From: Macrostomum lignano
Lineage: Eukaryota
NCBI GenBank assembly: GCA_002269645.1
Contig: NIVC01000061.1
Coordinates: 868,001 to 932,000 of the forward strand
Direction: 5' to 3'
Length of the DNA: 64,000 bases
The notes under the pieces were generated by a model. It searched no databases, was not told the origin of the DNA, and worked only from the letters and a program-made list of their open reading frames with translations. A program made the position numbers and the translations under genes. Shown in pieces: positions 25,671 through 39,569 of the stretch (its first letter is position 1; every line of letters starts with the position of its first letter).

Positions 25671-26486
25671 TTTTTCTACTTCCAATCTTCCAGTCTTCCA
25701 CTCTATTTCACCTCATAGAGCATTAACTCTATGCAACAGCAGCAGCAGTGCTACACAAAGGGAATCCAGTAAATGAAACAGTGAAAGACTAGACAATAAT
25801 TTTAGCAAAAACAGTCAGGAACTGCTCAGCTCAATACACAAATCTCGCAATCCCTGTCTGTATTTGCGACTGGCATGACAGTCGCGCGTTACAGTACGTG
25901 TTCAGTTCGTGTGCAGTACCGTACACATTTAAAAAATACCCTAAGGTAAGGTTAGCATTTTCCACCCAGAGGAGTAAAAAATGATCTGAAAAAACGCAGA
26001 GTTTTATGCGTACAGGCTTCCAGCATGGAGGGGAGACAGAAAAGTAGAAATTCTTTCTACGACCGCGATGAGTCATCGCCATACGCATTCTTTTATAGCG
26101 CAGTTATGCTGGCGTGTGCAGCCGGTCTCTCTGCTGCATCCAAAGCCTTCGCTTAGTCAGTGCGGCTCTTGTGAGCGCCATACTGTAGCTGTATGCTGTA
26201 CACTAAATGCTGCTTCTCACGCACCGATTCTCGCTATGCTCAATTGTTGCTTTTTTGAGCAGACGCTTCGCGCCCACCTCAGCACCCCAGGCTTAGACGG
26301 ATCGACCCTCAGATGTGTGTTTTTCCATGCATACGGAGTACCATTGTGTTTTTTGACACAGGGCTACCAGTTTGTTTTGCAGCTTTATCTCCCGAGGCGA
26401 AACGCTGCTGAATGCAATCTTGGGAGGGGGTGGTTAAAGTGGCCTCACAGTGACAATTTTCTGCCAGGCATAGTGCTCATCCCCAG

Positions 26487-26487
<1 letters not shown>

Positions 26488-26562
<75 letters not shown>

Positions 26563-26569
26563 GTCTGAC

Positions 26570-26654
<85 letters not shown>

Positions 26655-26657
26655 TAG

Positions 26658-26746
<89 letters not shown>

Positions 26747-26773
26747 TAGTGTCTGTCTTAGTGTCTGTCTTAG

Positions 26774-26842
<69 letters not shown>

Positions 26843-26843
26843 G
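26488..26843. repeat. (TCTG)n with CTTAGTGT interruptions
   Basis: Read directly. Confidence 0.97.
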
Positions 26844-26890
26844 CACTTCAATTGTCCCCAAGGTCACTAGTCCCGCCCCCCACCCCGCAG

Positions 26891-27167
26891 TGGTCCGCCT
26901 GAAGAGCCGGCCCATCAACAAGCACAGCCGGCATCACTACGAGAAAAGCCTGGAGCCGTTCATTCAAGACGCCGGCTGCCTGGAGACCTGCCCCAAGCTT
27001 CCCAAATGCCGCGAGTGCCGACCGCTGCAGCTGCCCAAGTCCGGCTCGTCTGGCGGGGCCAACGGCGGCAAGAAGTCTGCAGCCTCGCACCATCAGCATC
27101 AGCATCACCACCAGCAGCAGCAGGGCACCAACGGTGGCATCATGTGCCGATATGTTGGTTTTAGAAA
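26891..27167 (+). CDS. Kdm3: KDM3 exon 4
   Basis: [22 protein letters not shown]...CRYVGFRK matches the KDM3 pre-zinc-finger block; CCCCGCAG| phase 1, AA|GTGAGT phase 2. Confidence 0.92.
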
Positions 27168-27254
27168 GTGAGTTGATTACCTGGCTGGCTGCTGCTGACA
27201 GTAACTGGAACTTGTGCGTTTGCTGGCCGATCTTCGCTTCTGTCCCACCCTAGC

Positions 27255-27470
27255 TGTCTCCCCCTCTGTCTCCCCTCTGTCTCCCCTCTGTCTCCCCCTC
27301 TGGCTCCCCCTCTGTCTCCCCCTCTGTCTCCCCCTCTTCTCCCCTCTGTCTCCCCTGTGTCTCCCCCCTGTCTCCCCCTCTGTCTCCCCGTCTCACCCTC
27401 TGTCTCCCCTCTTCTCCCCTCTGTCTCCCCCCCGTCTCCCCCTCTGTCTCCCCCTCTGCCTGCCCCTCTG
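27255..27470. repeat. Degenerate (CTGTCTCCCC)n pyrimidine repeat
   Basis: Read directly. Confidence 0.88.
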
Positions 27471-28127
27471 CCCTAGCTCAGCACACCGGGTGCACTGCAC
27501 TGTAAAACGCTATGGCAGGTAGTTACAAGTGCAGACCGTTGGTATGAAAAATTGCATCGAGACTGAATTTCCAGTACAAAGTCTGAGCCTGAAGTCTTTC
27601 GAGTCTAAATTTATATTTTATCTATTAGAGAGAACTCCACTCTAGCTTTATAAATACGAGTGTATATAGCCTAGCAACTAACGGATAAAGTGCTTAACCC
27701 TCAGTTTCGGGGTAAAGTATTGGCAGAACAGAAGATACGAGAATTCTTTCTCTCCCCTCTTCTCTCTGCCTGCAACTGAAGGCCGTACTGAGTGTGGCAC
27801 ACACTGTATATGTGTATGCATGGCTGGGTAAACACAGCTAAGATAAAAACGCATTCTGCAATGCCTGCTGTGTTATCGACGCATTTCAGCAGCAGGGGCA
27901 GAGAGAGGAGGAGGGGGGGGGTAGACTGACCTCACTCAGCCCAATTTGACTGACCTCCCGCTGTGCCAGAATGAAAACTTGTCAGACCTTTGCCTGTCCG
28001 GCACTGCTGACGCGTTTCGGCTCAAAATATGAGTAATTTATTGCGGCACAATGTGCTGCACTTGAGTCCTGCCCTGTGGTCTGGGCCTGTTCTTCTGCTT
28101 TGGCACCTGGGGTTTGTGATTAATTAT

Positions 28128-29620
<1,493 letters not shown>

Positions 29621-30194
29621 CAGCTATTCATATATCTACTCTCGCAAGCTGCTCAGTGCAGCTGCAATTAATAATTTACAAAGCGGGCACATTGTCTATC
29701 TTGTTTATCGCCCCGGAGTTTCCTTCGCTCTACAGTTTCTTGTACTTTTATTTCGGCGCGGAAAAACAGCCTGGCTCCGTCTCACTCTGCCCTCTCCGCC
29801 TCTCTCATACGCACTGTGAGGAGACCCAACGGCAGAGTGTGGGAGAGCAGGAACACTAAACTAGAATAAGCAGCAGCGCACTGCAGGAAATACAGAATTG
29901 AACACTGGCCCTGCCTGGCATTCAGTTCGTGCGATTGAGTGCGTCTTTGCTCTCTCACTGCATTCACTACATTGTTCCAGGGGTTGGTAGGCAGGCGCTT
30001 AATACCGGTACAGACACACACAGCACAGAGTGCTGACTTGTTACTCTGTCATGATGAGCTTGCAATTTATTTATTCGACAGAATTTGTTAACTGTGTTAT
30101 TCTTCGCCTTAGTAGTATTGCTGTTATTTTATGATCTTGGAGTGCATTCAATCTAGGTGATCCAAATGCCTTTCTGTCTGCATCTGTGCATCTA

Positions 30195-30470
30195 TGTCCC
30201 TGCGTCTCTCTCCCTGCGTCTCTCTCTGTATCTCTCTCCCTGCGTCTCTATCCCTGTATCTCTCCCTGCGTCTCTATCCCTGTATCTCTCTCCCTGCGTC
30301 TCTATCCCTGTATCTCTCTCCCCTGCGTCTCTCTCCCTATACTCCCTATATCTCTCCCTGCATCTCTCCCTGCATCTTTCTCTGCAACTCTCCCTGCATC
30401 TCTGTCCCTGCAACTCTCTCCCTGCGTCTGTCCCTGTATCTCCCCCTGCAACTCTTTCCCTACATCTCTT
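30195..30470. repeat. Pyrimidine repeat (CCCTGCGTCTCT type) running into the exon 5 acceptor
   Basis: Read directly. Confidence 0.85.
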
Positions 30471-30480
30471 TCTCCCGCAG

Positions 30481-31684
30481 GCTCCGCTACAACAAGAAAG
30501 GCGCTGTGACCGCCGCCGGCTTCTGCGACATCGCGGACGCCGAAGCCGAAGACTTGGCGCTGTGGCTGCCGCAGCTGCCGCTGCTGACGCCGCTCCTGGA
30601 CCGGCCGACCGCCCGCTACATTCTTGGCTTCGTGGCCGACAGCTTCGAAGACCTGGCTGGCAACGAGAAGCAGATTCTTAGAAAACGAGGCGGCGGCCCG
30701 CCCGCGGCGAAATCCGCAGGCGGCGGCTCGCCAAAGACGGACGAGCCGCAGCAGCAGCGCCACCAGCCGCCGCAGCCGCTGCAGTGGAAGCGGCCGGTCT
30801 CTGGGGTGCGCGAAATCTGCGACCAGTGCGATACTGCGCTGTTCAACGCCCACTACAGCTGCCTGAAGTGCGGCTTCGTCATCTGCACCGACTGCGCCGC
30901 CGGCAGGCGGGTCGGCGGCCCGGCCGCATCCGGCTCGACCAGTTCTTCATCCTCGGCCTCCGAGCATCCCCAGCACGATGGCGCTGCTTCGGCCCCGCCG
31001 CCGGCCACCCGACTCAAGCAGCTCATGAGCGCCGCCGCCGCTGCCGCTTCTGCCGACGGCTCCAGCAGCGCCTCGGCCGCCGCCGCTGCCGCAGCCGCCG
31101 CCGCGGCCGCCAGCTGTTGCACCGCCAACCGCCAGCCGCACGACCCGGAGCGCATGGTGCTCACCTGCATCGCCGTGCCTACGGACGCGCTGACAAAGCT
31201 CACCAACGAGCTGACCCGCCTGGATCCCGACAGGAACGCCGCCGTCGCCTCCTCCGTCTCGGCGACTCTGCACCAGCCGCCGCCGCCGCTTGAATGGCTG
31301 GACGAGACCGGCCGGACAGCGGAGCCATCTTCGGCGTCGGCCGACCAGTCGCTTCCACTGCTGCTCCGCCTGCGGGAGCCGCAGCACCCGGGCAACCTGG
31401 CCAGCTTCCAGCGCCAGTGGCGCCGCGGCCTCCCCGTAGTGGTCAGCGGCTGCGACCGCTTTGTCAACTCGTCGCTGTGGCATCCGCGCACCTTCAGCCG
31501 GCAGTTCGGCAGCTGCCGGGCCAACGTGGTGAACTGCCAGGCCGGCGCAGAGCTGCCCCCGAATCCCATGAAGTTCTTCTGGGACGGCTTCGAGAGCATC
31601 AAGAAGCGGCTGAAGGACTCGGCAACTGGGGAGCCGCTGAACCTCAAGCTGAAGGACTGGCCGCCCGCGGACGATTTTCAGCAG
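30481..31684 (+). CDS. Kdm3: KDM3 exon 5: C6 zinc finger and pre-JmjC region
   Basis: WKRPVSGVREICDQCDTALFNAHYSCLKCGFVICTDC; GLPVVVSG; FWDGFE; LKLKDWPPADDF; acceptor TCTCCCGCAG|, donor CAG|GTTCGG. Confidence 0.96.
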
Positions 31685-31714
31685 GTTCGGACTGGGGATT
31701 TAGGATTTCTATAT

Positions 31715-32050
31715 CAGTTTGGGATCTGGGATCATTTTTGGGATCAGGGATCATTTTCGGATCTGGGATCATTTTCGGATCTGGGATCATTTTGGGACCT
31801 GGGATCATTTTTGGAATCTGGGATCATTTTCGGGATCTGGGATCATTTTTGGAATCTGGGATCATTTTCGGATCTGGGATCATTTTTGGAATCTGGGATC
31901 ATTTTCGGATCTGGGATCTTTTTCGGATCTGGGATCTTTTTCGGATCTGGGATCATTTTGGGATCTGGGATCTTTTTCGGATCTGGGATCATTTTGGGAT
32001 TTCTGTTGCAGGGGATCTGGGATTTCTGTTGCAGGGGATCTGGGATTTCT
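31715..32050. repeat. 18/19-bp minisatellite TTTCGGATCTGGGATCAT
   Basis: Tandem copies in intron 5. Confidence 0.93.
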
Positions 32051-32654
32051 CCTGTTTTGTGGAATCTCGTGTTCCTCATTAATTGCATTAGTATCCAAGG
32101 ATTTCCCATTATGATAATGTGGGGATTACATGAATATATGGGACAGGCTGTGGCAGTGCAGACTCGATGTATCCTCCGAATAATTGAAGCACTGCTACAC
32201 CCTGTCTTCAGGCGGTGCCTCATCTGAAAAATATTTGGGTCTTGTAGCAGCAAAAAATCTAAAAGCAGAAGCAGCAGCATGCTCAGGCTCCGAATGCAGT
32301 AATTTTCCTCATCTCTGCTACACAGCTTTCGCCTACTTCCTCTCCCATCCGCCCTCTTCCCTCCTTTTCCCCTTCCCGCCCTCTCAATTGATCCCGGGAG
32401 TCTTGCATTCGATGCTTTCGAATTTCGCTCTGGCCTTCGCAGCTGTCGCCGTGTCGCGTTTCAAATCGAATCCGATTTTCATAGAATCGCAGAATTTCAT
32501 AGGTTTAAATCTCTTGGCTTGATTGCAGTTGCTTTCTATTCTACTTACTAGGAGAGTTTGTTAGTAGAAAGTAGAGCGTTGTTATTTTTTGACGAGTTTT
32601 CGCACAAGATATTAACAGACTGACTGTTGTATTCATTAAGGAATCATATTCCCA

Positions 32655-33060
32655 GGACCCCAGAACCCAGGACCCAGAGCCCAGGAACATCAGAACCCAG
32701 GATCCCAGAACCCTAAATCATTGAAACCCTAGAACCCCAAGAACCCAGGACCCAAGAAGCCAGGACTCCAGAACCCTGGACCTAGACCATAGGACCCCGA
32801 AACCCAGAACCCCGGAAACAAGGATCCCAGAACCCCGGAAACAAGGATCCCAGAACCCCGGAAACAAGGATCCCAGAACCCCGGAAACAAGGATCCCAGA
32901 ACCCCGGAAACAAGGATCCCAGAACCCCGGAAACAAGGATCCCAGAACCCCGGAAACAAGGATCCCAGAACTCCGGAAACAAGGATCCCAGAAACCAGGA
33001 CCCAAGAACCCTATATCATTGAAACCTAAGAACCCAGGACCCTGAGACCAAGGACACCAG
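32655..33060. repeat. 23-bp minisatellite CCCAGAACCCCGGAAACAAGGAT
   Basis: About 8 perfect copies with degenerate flanks. Confidence 0.93.
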
Positions 33061-33192
33061 AAACTAGTTCTTAGAACCGCCGAATCCCAGTCCTATTCAT
33101 GCAGAGCAGCCCCACAACTGTACCGTAGAACAACAGCCGATATGTATCGATCAATACAAAATAAAGCAGAGTTCAACCCAATGTCCGCGCAG

Positions 33193-33495
33193 ATCCTGCC
33201 AGATCGCTATGAGGATTTTCAGCGCGCCCTGCCGCTGCCGGAGTACAGCAGGCGCGACGGCCGGCTCAACCTGGCCACCAGGCTGCCGGCCTTCTTTGTT
33301 CAGCCCGACCTCGGGCCGAAAATGTACAACGCCTACGGCATGGCCCGCTGCGACGCCACCGGCACCACAAACCTCCACCTGGACATCGCCGACGCCGTGA
33401 ACCTGCTGGTGTACGTCGGCGTGCCCGAAGACGCCGTGGAACAGCAGAAGGCGGCCGTCTATGCCGCCTTGGAGCGGGCGAAAGTTGATCCGCAG
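33193..33495 (+). CDS. Kdm3: KDM3 exon 6: JmjC N-part with HxD
   Basis: [52 protein letters not shown]; phase 0/0 junctions. Confidence 0.97.
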
Positions 33496-33794
33496 GTTGG
33501 TTTTTATCGGATCTTTATACTACTTATTGTTTACCTATTGTGAGTAGTGCTATGCGGATGTTTTGGAATTAAATATCATGACTATTCTCGACAGCACTTT
33601 AATGAATTTGTTTAGATAATAGGAAATATAGTTATTAACTAGCAATCTACGCCCCCCGTTGGGGAGCCAAAGAAATGCAATACACGATTTTTAATAAGCT
33701 ACATGTATCCTTGAAATCTTAAAAAATCTCCTGTCAAACCTTGTAAGCCTTGACATGTCAGTAATTCCCCCCCCCACAAGCTTTAACATATCAA

Positions 33795-34000
33795 CTCTAC
33801 CCTCTGTCTACCCTCTCTACCGTCACTCTATTCTCTGTCTACCCTCACTCTACCCTCTTTCTACCGTCACTCTACCGTCACTCTACCCTCTTTCTACTGT
33901 CACTCTACCCTCTCTACTCTCACTCTACCCTCACTCTACCCTCACTCGACCCTCTTTCTGCCCCTTCTCTACTCTCACTCTAGTCTCCTACACTCATCCC
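33795..34000. repeat. Degenerate (CACTCTACC)n pyrimidine repeat
   Basis: Read directly. Confidence 0.8.
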
Positions 34001-34073
34001 TCACTTTGCCCTCTTTTTATCCTCCACCCTCTGTTATCCCACTGACCCTCCCTACCTCCATCACCCGCCGCAG

Positions 34074-34349
34074 GTTCTCCGTTCAGTGACGGTGGACCGC
34101 CGCGTCCCCGGCGCCCTGTGGCAGATCTTCAGCCCGAGTGACGCGCCAGCGATCCGCCGGTTCCTGCACCGCGTGCTGACCGAGCGGGGCGAGCGGCTGG
34201 ACCCGGACAGCGACCCGATCCACGACCAGCTGGCGTACCTGAGCTCGAGTCTGCTCGAACAGCTGCGCGAGGAGCACGGAGTCCGGCCGTTCACCATTGT
34301 GCAGTTCCTGGGGGACGCCATCTTCATCCCGGCTGGGGCACCGCACCAG
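34074..34349 (+). CDS. Kdm3: KDM3 exon 7: JmjC with third Fe ligand His
   Basis: PGALWQIF..DPIHDQ..YL..QFLGDAIFIPAGAPHQ; CAG|, |GTTAGG, phase 0/0. Confidence 0.97.
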
Positions 34350-34361
34350 GTTAGGGATGGG

Positions 34362-35135
34362 CGCTGCTGTGCTGTGCTGTGTGCTGTTCTGTGCTGTGTG
34401 TTGTTCTGTGTGCTGTTCTGTGCTGTTCTCTGTGCTGTTCTGTGCTGTGTGCTGTGCTGTTCTGTGCTGTTCCGTGTGCTGTTCTGTGCTGTGCTGTGTG
34501 CTGTTCCGTGTGCTGTTCTGTGTGCTGTGTGCTGTTCTGTGTGCTGTGTGTTGTGCTGTTCTGTGCTGTTCTGTGTGCTGTGTGCTGTTCTGTGCTGTGC
34601 TGTGTGCTGTTTCGTGTGCTGTTCTGTGTGCTGTGTGCTGTGCTGTTCTGTGTGCTGTGTGCTGTTCTGTGCTGTGCTGTGTGCTGTTTCGTGTGCTGTT
34701 CTGTGTGCTGTGTGCTGTTCTGTGTGCTGTGTGCTGTGCTGTTCTGTGCTGTTCCCTGTGCTGTTCCGTGTGCTGTTCCGTGTGCTGTGTGCTGTTGTGT
34801 GCTGTTCTGTGTGCTGTTTTGTGCTGTTCTGTGTGCTGTGTGCTGTTCTGTGCTGTTCTGTGCTGTTCTGTGTGCTGTTCTGTGTGCTGTGTGCTGTGCT
34901 GTGCTGTTCTGTGTGCTGTTCTGTGCTGTGCTGTTCTGTGTGCTGTGCTGTTCTGTGTGCTGTGCTGTTCTGTGTGGGTGTGCTGTGTGCTGTGCTGTTC
35001 TGTGCTGTTCTGTGTGCTGTGTGCTGTTGGGTGTGCTGTGTGCTGTGCTGTTCTGTGCTGTTCTGTGTGCTGTGTGCTGTTCTGTGTGCTGTGTGCTGTG
35101 CTGTTCTGTGTGCTATGCTGTGTGCTGTTCTGTCC
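34362..35135. repeat. (GTGCT/GTTCT)n microsatellite filling intron 7
   Basis: Read directly; source of the Cys-rich pseudo-ORFs. Confidence 0.96.
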
Positions 35136-35206
35136 CTGCCTGCCCTATTCCGGCCGCTATGCTGCCAATCCCACTTAAGCCACCAACACCCCCCAACCTT
35201 CCCCAG

Positions 35207-35398
35207 GTGAGGAACCTGCACAGCTGCATCAAAGTGGCCACAGACTTTGTCAGCCCGGAGAACATCAAGCAGTGCCTTCAGCTCACGAGAGAGTTCCGCC
35301 AGCTGTCATCGGCGCACTCCAACCACGAGGACAAGCTGCAGGTGAAGAACATGATCTACCACAGCGTGAAGGACTGCGTAGCGATTCTGTCCCATTGA
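35207..35398 (+). CDS. Kdm3: KDM3 last exon
   Basis: [35 protein letters not shown]; summed exons are 4863 nt = 1620 aa + stop. Confidence 0.97.
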   Translation: MRNLHSCIKVATDFVSPENIKQCLQLTREFRQLSSAHSNHEDKLQVKNMIYHSVKDCVAILSH

Positions 35399-35465
35399 CG
35401 CCCCTTGCTGCACTACTGCTAGTAGCAAGACAGCATCTAATTGCTGATAAATATTGTTTTCTTTC

Positions 35466-35471
35466 AATAAA
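35466..35471 (+). promoter_or_regulatory. Candidate polyadenylation signal AATAAA of Kdm3
   Basis: AATAAA 68 nt after the stop; other AATAAA copies lie further downstream. Confidence 0.5.
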
Positions 35472-35749
35472 TCTGCTAGATTTTAAGAATAATTTATAGA
35501 GACAGAGAGAAGGTAAATAACAATAGTGGGAAAGACTGCCAGTCAACTATTATTTGTCAACTATTTATTATTATAATTTGTCAGTTGAGTGACGATAACT
35601 GTTGTTCCGGTTCTGACTAAACCCGTTTGGTCTTTTATATATTAATATTGACAGTTTTTATTGTTCGTGATTGCCTGCGTGTAAGCACTCAAAATATTAA
35701 CTTAATTATTGGGCCAAATTAGGGTCATTAATCTCAACCATATGACCGG

Positions 35750-35930
35750 TTGGGATTAATGACCCTTATGACTGTTTGGGACTAATGACCCTTATGACTG
35801 GTTTGGACTAATGACCCTTATGACTGTTTGGGACTAATGACCCTTATGACTGGTTTGGACTAATGACCCTTATGACTGTTTGGGACTAATGACCCTTATG
35901 ACTGGTTTGGACTAATGACCCTTATGACCG
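35750..35930. repeat. 26-bp minisatellite GACTAATGACCCTTATGACTGTTTGG
   Basis: About 7 copies. Confidence 0.92.
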
Positions 35931-36674
35931 GTAGGCCCAGTGACGCCCATGGCAATAACATTGGCCCGTCCTGTATACAGGCGAAATGCTAAAATGTCAA
36001 AGAGGACTTTCTTGTTTGCATTTTTCAAATTTGTAATAAATAAACTATTAAAAAAACATTAAAAAGCTGTTATCATCAATGATGAGCAACTTTGTGTCTC
36101 CTGTCTGACTATCTGCAAAAGTTTATCTAGTAGCACCGCTTCGTAAAAAAATATTGAATTTATTCAGAAAGATTTTGATTGACGCCATGAGAAGTTTGGC
36201 CTGAGACACAGTGGCATTCGGTGACTCATTATTTTAATTCTGAATATTTTTATTTAACATTGAAGTCTCGTTGCTTTTGTGTCTTTTGTCTTGGTTCATA
36301 CGATGTTTTAACAGTAGTAGCTTGCAAGATTTTCTTGTGTAAATTGTTTTCATAATTTCCGGCGCGAACTTCTGTTTGCTTTTGTGTAAAACTCATAAAT
36401 TAATTGTTTGAAAAAAACTTCTCGACAAAGAAACAAAAGCTAAAGGCGTTCTTTTCATTTGTTACGCTTCTCTTTGATTTCCGTGTTTTTGTTTGTCTGT
36501 CTGTCTGTCCTCGTAATGCCCGAGTGCTGAATTTGATACGATTAGCAAAATATACGAATATTGGACAGGTGTGTCTCATTACAGTAGCTAATTTGTGGAC
36601 AAAATGCTTCGCCTCCTAATGCGATCAAAAAATTTGACAACTCGGCTGGCTTCTGAGCTCTGCTTTATTTAAGG

Positions 36675-37130
36675 CTGTAGTAGGCCTCTGTGTAACAGGC
36701 TGTAGACCTCTGTAACAGGCTGTAGACCTCTGTGTAACAGGCTGTAGGCCTCTGTGTAACAGACTGTAGGCCTCTGTGTAACAGGCTGTAGGCCTCTGTG
36801 TAACAGACTGTAGGCCTCTGTGTAACAGACTGTAGGCCTCTGTGTAACAGACTGTAGGCCTGTGTAACAGGCTGTAGGCCTCTGTGTAACAGACTGTAGG
36901 CCTCTGTGTAACAGACTGTAGGCCTCTGTGTAACAGACTGTAGGCCTCTGTGTAACAGACTGTAGGCCTCTGTGTAACAGGCTGTAGGCCTCTGTGTAAC
37001 AGGCTGTAGGCCTCTGTGTAACAGACTGTAGGCCTCTGTGTAACAGACTGTAGGCCTCTGTGTAACAGACTGTAGGCCTCTGTGTACAATGCACCAGGCA
37101 GCAGTCCTCTGTAACAGGCTGTAGGCCTCT
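36675..37130. repeat. 22-bp minisatellite GTAGGCCTCTGTGTAACAGACT (left block)
   Basis: Tandem copies; the same unit recurs at 39365-39500. Confidence 0.96.
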
Positions 37131-37289
37131 ACCTTCGTGACTCGAGAAATTTCTTAATGAAATTTTGTCTATGGTAAGAGTGTGGAGGCTTCGCCCCCAC
37201 ACCCCCAGCAGAGGCTTCGCCCCAACACCCCCATCCCCAACTTCAACCATAGCATACAAGTTTGGCTCCGGGATTTATCTGAATACATC

Positions 37290-37705
37290 TCTCACACAGT
37301 CCTCACGCCAAAGAAGTCCGGAGGCCGCCGCTGCCTGGCCGGGTGCCGCCGCTCGGTCTGTCTGGTCTCCGGCGCAACCTGGCGGAGCTGGTCAGAGTCG
37401 GGCTGGGTTTCAAACCGCCTGCACAGCCGGTTCACATGTACGGCGTGGTGCGCGTCTTCCTGATGCCCAGTGCTTTGAGCGTCTCCTGGAACAGCTCGCT
37501 CTCGAAGTTTGCACCCTGGTCCAAGTGGATGACGGACGTGACTCCGAGCAGGGAGTCCGCGATCGTCTTGGCGGTCTGATCTGGCATCGGCACGGCGTTC
37601 ATAAACTTGGAGAACTGGTCCTGCATCACCAGCAGGTAGCTGTTGCCTCGGTCTTTATGTCGGCTCCTTCAGCACATCGATCGCCACCGTCTGTCAGGGC
37701 TTGCC
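37290..37705 (-). pseudogene. Gypsy/Ty3 integrase core relic
   Basis: VAIDVL (frameshift/stop) GNSYLLVMQDQFSKF..PDQTAKTIA..IHLDQGANFESELF..LGIRKTRTTPY, then jumps to an RQRRPPDFFG* C-terminus. Confidence 0.88.
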
Positions 37706-38099
37706 TGTAAAGACTTCACTCAGTTTGTGTGGCAGAAAGATGCTTAGCGATAGTGGTTGCTAGAATGACTATACGAGACAATTAGCTATAAGCGATGAAA
37801 ACGAACGAAAAGGGTATATTTTGCGAGATACTTTAGGTCGACATTTATAAGCTGAATGAACGTACAATACGATTGAGCGGAATATGGGGTGGGGCGATCA
37901 ATAAATTTGGATGAATGTACGTACGAGCAAGATAAATATGTTAGCCTAATTGTGTACAGTAAACTATAACAACGAACAAGAACAATAAATATCTTGATAC
38001 TGCGAAACAGTGGCAGCTCCAGAACAGATAGCCTGATAAAATCATCCGTATATGTATTTGTCGAAATTGAATTTTAATTCCGATCAATAATTTGGGGAC

Positions 38100-38241
38100 T
38101 GTAAAATAGATATATTAGTCACGTGCACGTACGCACAGAAGAACAAGCGAAGGAGAGAGTTAAAACAGCACGATTGTAAAGTGTAAGCAACAAACCCCCA
38201 GCACCCCACACAACACAAGCCAAGTCACTACACTCCTCCCC
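38100..38241 (-). mobile_element. Polypurine tract plus short 3' LTR
   Basis: Minus strand GGGGAGGAG (38241-38233) abuts TGTAGTGAC (38232); candidate end ...TTTTACA at 38100 gives a 133-bp LTR with TGTA...TACA ends. The distal end is uncertain. Confidence 0.6.
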
Positions 38242-38348
38242 AACAACTGCAGAAGCAGGGAACAGGAATTAAAAGAAACAATTTAGTCCGCAACTCAAAG
38301 AGCACTAAATAACGGAATCACAGTCACTGGTAACACAGTCGATTAGGC

Positions 38349-39240
38349 TCAGTTCGGATCCTGGTCGAGCGCCGCGGCAATGCCAAATCGCTCGCATTCG
38401 TGGCGTCGTAGGCGACCGCGTATCTGCGACCGGCTCAGCTTCGGGAGCTTCGCCAGCCGGTACAGCATCCGGGGGTCTTCGAACTTGGCGATGTGCCGTT
38501 GGACCTCCCGGCCGTCATCAAAGTGGCACGAGAACGACGCTGCTCCAGAGCTGGCAGTCACCACCGCCGGCTTCCATCTGCCGTCATCAGCGAAGTCCCT
38601 GGCAACCACAGCATCGCCGACCTCAATGCAGCGATCGTGAGCGTTGATGTCGTGCTGCTGCTTCTGCATCGCTTGCTGCACCGCAACCCTGGCCGGCACA
38701 TCGGGACGCACTCGATCGAGCAGAGAGAGCAGTCGCCTTCCCATCAGCAGCTCGCACGGCGGCGTGCCAGTCGTGGCATGTGGCGTCCCGCGGTATGTCA
38801 GCAGGAACCGCGCTACTGTCTTCGAGCTACTCACTCTTGTGCTCCAGAGGAGACAGCCATCTTGGACACTCAGCTGATTAGCCCGGCTGTAGCTCTGAGT
38901 TACTCGCTCGGGCCAGTAGCCGGTCTCTGTGAACTGCAGCACCTTGGACAGGATCGGGTCCGTTCTAGTCAAAGCTCGAATGTCTCCGGCAGTCACTGGT
39001 CCCTCATTAAGCGTGTCCATGACTAGCACCACATCGGCTGGTGTCGGTGCCTTTGCTGGTCTCTCTGGCAGCGGTAGTCGACTCAGCGCGTCCGCACGGA
39101 GCAGCGAACGGCCTGATCGGTGCTCCATCGTGTAGCTGTAGCGCGGTGGCTGCCCTCTGCCATTCTGAGCTCTGCTACCACTTGTGACACGCGGTATTTG
39201 GCAGTGTGAGATCAAAATCACGAAAGCCCCGCGGGGAAGT
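38349..39240 (-). pseudogene. Gypsy (Mag/K02A2.6-like) pol relic with integrase core deleted
   Basis: YSYTMEHRSG..ADALSRLP; DPILSKVLQF..GYWP; LSVQDGCLLW; then FLLTYRGTPHATTGTPPCELLMGRRL; VGDAVVARDF..WKPAVV. Confidence 0.9.
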
Positions 39241-39364
39241 GAACGATTTATTTATTAGCATCAAGCATTGGTACATATAAAGTGAGATGTACATTCCAAT
39301 ATTAAAAGTGACAATGATTCAGCAATATTCAAGATTGTGCCTCTAAGGCAAGGAATAAAGCATT

Positions 39365-39500
39365 GCCTCTGTGTAACAGGCTGTAGACCTCTGTGTAACA
39401 GGCTGTAGGCCTCTGTGTAACAGACTGTAGGCCTCTGTGTAACAGGCTGTAGGCCTCTGTGTAACAGACTGTAGGCCTCTGTGTAACAGGCTGTAGGCAT
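39365..39500. repeat. 22-bp minisatellite (right block, same unit and orientation as 36675-37130)
   Basis: Read directly. Confidence 0.95.
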
Positions 39501-39569
39501 CTGCTGTGCAACAGAGGTCTACAGCCTCTGTCTCAGTCTACTCATACATGCTGCACGTGTACCTCTCCA

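Noticed and set aside
30570-30600. LTPLL as the KDM3 LxxLL nuclear-receptor box
   Set aside because: Contains Pro and lies before the zinc finger, not at the homologous position
30302-31647. Long antisense ORFs over Kdm3 exon 5 (also over exons 1-2)
   Set aside because: Expected shadow ORFs of GC-rich coding DNA with no motifs
34061-35221. Cys-rich metallothionein/keratin-like ORFs
   Set aside because: Translation of (GTGCT)n in intron 7, which is bounded by canonical splice sites restoring JmjC
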